Positions 36,622 through 38,554 of a stretch of 38,554 bases of DNA are shown here, one piece after another. Each line of letters starts with the position of its first letter. Positions within the stretch are counted from its first letter, which is position 1. Both the position numbers and the translations under genes were made by a program. The stretch lies in contig CALARR010000045.1 in the NCBI GenBank assembly GCA_937889015.1, forward strand, positions 1 to 38,554, read 5' to 3'. The notes below the pieces were generated by a model. It was not told where the DNA came from, ran no database searches, and saw only the letters and a program-made list of their open reading frames with translations. The DNA is from an uncultured Planctomycetales bacterium. GTDB lineage: Bacteria > Planctomycetota > Planctomycetia > Pirellulales > Thermoguttaceae.

Positions 36622-37515
36622 TCATTTCATGCCCAGACTGCGACACACGATCCGGTCGCGCAGCCAGTCGGGCAGGAATCGCAGGGCCAGCAGCACGCCC
36701 CAGGTCTTGGCCCCCACGGGATAACGCGTCTTCGGCCGCCGCGCACCCAAGGCGTGGAGCACGGCGCGCACCACCCGATCCACGGGCATCGCCTGTTCGG
36801 CAAAGCGGGTCGTGGCCGCGCGCATGGCCGTGATATCTTCGGCATAGACGGCTCGGACTTCGTCGGAAACCTGGCCGCCCACCGTTTCCAGCATCTGGTC
36901 GCGGAGCTGGTCGGCCGCCGCGCGCGACTTCTGCCAGATGGGCGTGTCCACGTCGCCCGGCTCGACCAGAGCCACGTGGATGCCGAAGTGCCGCAACTCG
37001 ACGCGGAGCGAATCGCTCAGCGACTCCAGGGCGTGCTTCGATGCCGCGTAGGCCCCCACGTAGGGCCCGGCCACCAACCCGCTGATCGAGCTCATGTTCA
37101 CGATCCGCCCGCGCGCCTTGCGCAGGGCCGGCAACAAGGCCTGGACGACCGCCAGGGGGCCGACCAGGTTCACCTCTAATTGCCGCCGAAACACGTCGAT
37201 CGGCAGGAACTCCAGCGGAAAGGCCACCGTGATGCCCGCGTTGTTGACCAGACCCGCCAGCCCGCCTTCCCCCGTGACCTCGGCAATCGTTCGGGCCGCC
37301 GCGGCAATCGACTGCGCGTCGGTCACATCCAGCATCACCGGCGCCAACCGGGCCGAGGTCCGGGCCACCAGGCGCTGGCCGTCGGCTTTGCGCCGCACGC
37401 CCGCAAACACGCGAAACCCGCGCCGGTGCAGTTCCAGGGCGCAGGCCTCCCCGATCCCGGAAGAGGCCCCGGTGATCAGCACGGATGCGGCACTGCCAGC
37501 GGAGTCGGTTGTCAT
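36622..37515 (-). CDS. Short-chain dehydrogenase/reductase (SDR) family oxidoreductase
   Basis: Contains ITGASSGIG, NNAG, and YAASKHAL (YxxxK). The ATG at 37515 corresponds to MTTDSAGS. Confidence 0.85.
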   Translation of the reverse strand: MTTDSAGSAASVLITGASSGIGEACALELHRRGFRVFAGVRRKADGQRLVARTSARLAPVMLDVTDAQSIAAAARTIAEVTGEGGLAGLVNNAGITVAFPLEFLPIDVFRRQLEVNLVGPLAVVQALLPALRKARGRIVNMSSISGLVAGPYVGAYAASKHALESLSDSLRVELRHFGIHVALVEPGDVDTPIWQKSRAAADQLRDQMLETVGGQVSDEVRAVYAEDITAMRAATTRFAEQAMPVDRVVRAVLHALGARRPKTRYPVGAKTWGVLLALRFLPDWLRDRIVCRSLGMK

Positions 37516-37543
37516 GGTCCTTGCTGCAAAAAGAGGCAAAGAC

Positions 37544-38446
37544 CTAATGTATCACACGAACCCCCCGTTGTCGCAAGTGGTCGTTCCACGATTCGACCGT
37601 CGCGCGTTCGGGCGGCTTGACCGATTCGGGCAGCTCTGAGCGCAGGCCCAGACGCGTCAGCTTGGCGCGCCACAGATCGTAATAGGGCAGCAGCTCGACG
37701 CCCTCCAGCTTGGGCAGCCGCAAGGCCAGCGCGGCGATGCCGTCGAGATGGTCAGGCCGGGCGTTGAATTGGGGGATCATCGGACAGCGAAGACGGATCG
37801 CGGCCCCGGTGCCGTGCAGACGCTCGATATTGGCCAGGATCTGCGTGTTCCACTCGCCGACGTACTTGCCGTGCAGGCGCGGATCGGTCTCCTTGTAGTC
37901 GTAGAGCCACAGATCGACCAGCGGCCGGATCCGCTCCAGGGCCTCCCAAGGGGCATAGCCCGAGGTCTCCACACAGCAGTGCAGCCCTTCGACCTGAGCC
38001 GCGTGCAACAGGGCCTCGGCGAACTCGGACTGCAACAGGGGCTCACCGCCAGAAAGCGTCAGGCCGCCGCCCGAGGCCTCGTAGTAGCTCCGGTCGCGAA
38101 GCACCACAGCCAGAATCTCTTCCTCGCTGGCGTCGCGGCCCACCATCTCCAGGGCCCGGCTGTCGCAGTGCGACACGCACCGGCCGCAACGCGTGCAGCG
38201 GGCCCGGTCGAGCACAGCCTTGCCCCCCTCGCCGGCCGAGAGGGCCTTCTCCGGGCAGGCCGGCAGGCAGGCGCCGCAGGCGATGCACCGTTCGGACACA
38301 TACGACAGCAACGGCTCAGGACTGATGCTTTCGGGATTGCCGCACCACAAGCAGCGCAACGGACAGCCCTTGAAAAACACGGTGGTCCGGATGCCCGGCC
38401 CGTCGTGGATCGCGAAGCGCTGGATGTCGAAGATGCGGCCAGTCAT
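37544..38446 (-). CDS. Glycyl-radical enzyme activating protein (radical SAM, PflA family, with a ferredoxin-like 2x[4Fe-4S] insert)
   Basis: Contains GPGIRTTVFFKGCPLRCLWCGNPE (CxxxCxxC radical-SAM motif in a PflA-type context). It also has CIACGACLPACP and CTRCGRCVSHCD ferredoxin motifs, typical of the larger glycyl-radical-enzyme activases (HpdA, BssD and CutD type). Confidence 0.85.
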   Translation of the reverse strand: MTGRIFDIQRFAIHDGPGIRTTVFFKGCPLRCLWCGNPESISPEPLLSYVSERCIACGACLPACPEKALSAGEGGKAVLDRARCTRCGRCVSHCDSRALEMVGRDASEEEILAVVLRDRSYYEASGGGLTLSGGEPLLQSEFAEALLHAAQVEGLHCCVETSGYAPWEALERIRPLVDLWLYDYKETDPRLHGKYVGEWNTQILANIERLHGTGAAIRLRCPMIPQFNARPDHLDGIAALALRLPKLEGVELLPYYDLWRAKLTRLGLRSELPESVKPPERATVESWNDHLRQRGVRVIH

Positions 38447-38554
38447 GGGCAAAGGGGCCAAGAGCCAAAGGGACAAGGGGCCATCCCTAATCCCCAAGTC
38501 CTATTGCGTCTCAGGTAAGTAATGCCGTGAGGCCGACCATCGGGAGGCCGGTTT

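Noticed and set aside
1-38554. CRISPR arrays, tRNA/rRNA genes, transposase or integrase genes
   Set aside because: I scanned for regularly spaced direct repeats, tRNA-like cloverleaf cores and transposase or integrase motifs and found none. The only interspersed repeats are the ~90-bp elements reported above, which are irregularly spaced and not CRISPR-like.

Overview
The window is high-GC bacterial chromosomal DNA, probably Planctomycetota. This is inferred from the DUF1080, sulfatase and YVTN-cytochrome genes, weak or absent Shine-Dalgarno sequences before many genes, and long spurious antisense ORFs. It is densely coding with ordinary housekeeping and envelope genes, and I see no single canonical defence or mobile island.

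Genes called, in window order:
- mnmA (5' truncated)
- a tiny Lys/Ala-rich ORF
- a secreted hypothetical protein
- panB
- an nfeD-flotillin operon
- cysC
- alpha-glucan phosphorylase
- a thioesterase
- a flavodoxin-like NAD(P)H oxidoreductase
- a YVTN beta-propeller/di-haem cytochrome c peroxidase
- a DUF1080 protein
- hrpA
- a methyl-accepting chemotaxis protein
- two tandem non-canonical Hsp70 paralogues
- a Tex-like protein with a large low-complexity insert
- a LOG-family protein
- an Lgt carrying a PDZ insertion
- a sulfatase
- two SDR oxidoreductases
- a glycyl-radical-enzyme activase

The most unusual things seen directly in the sequence are:
- an ~85-90 bp interspersed repeat in four copies, two flanking panB in inverted orientation and one overlapping the predicted 5' end of an Hsp70 gene;
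- a 35-codon Lys/Ala-rich ORF ending in CCGCKGK, with a near-consensus promoter, a strong ribosome-binding site and a perfect 14-bp-stem terminator;
- an Hsp70 module in which one paralogue is membrane-anchored and the other lacks the lid;
- domain-insertion variants of Lgt (PDZ), Tex (acidic low-complexity insert), NfeD (His/Asp loop) and the chemotaxis protein (ER/K-type helix).

I found no CRISPR array, tRNA, rRNA or transposase gene.
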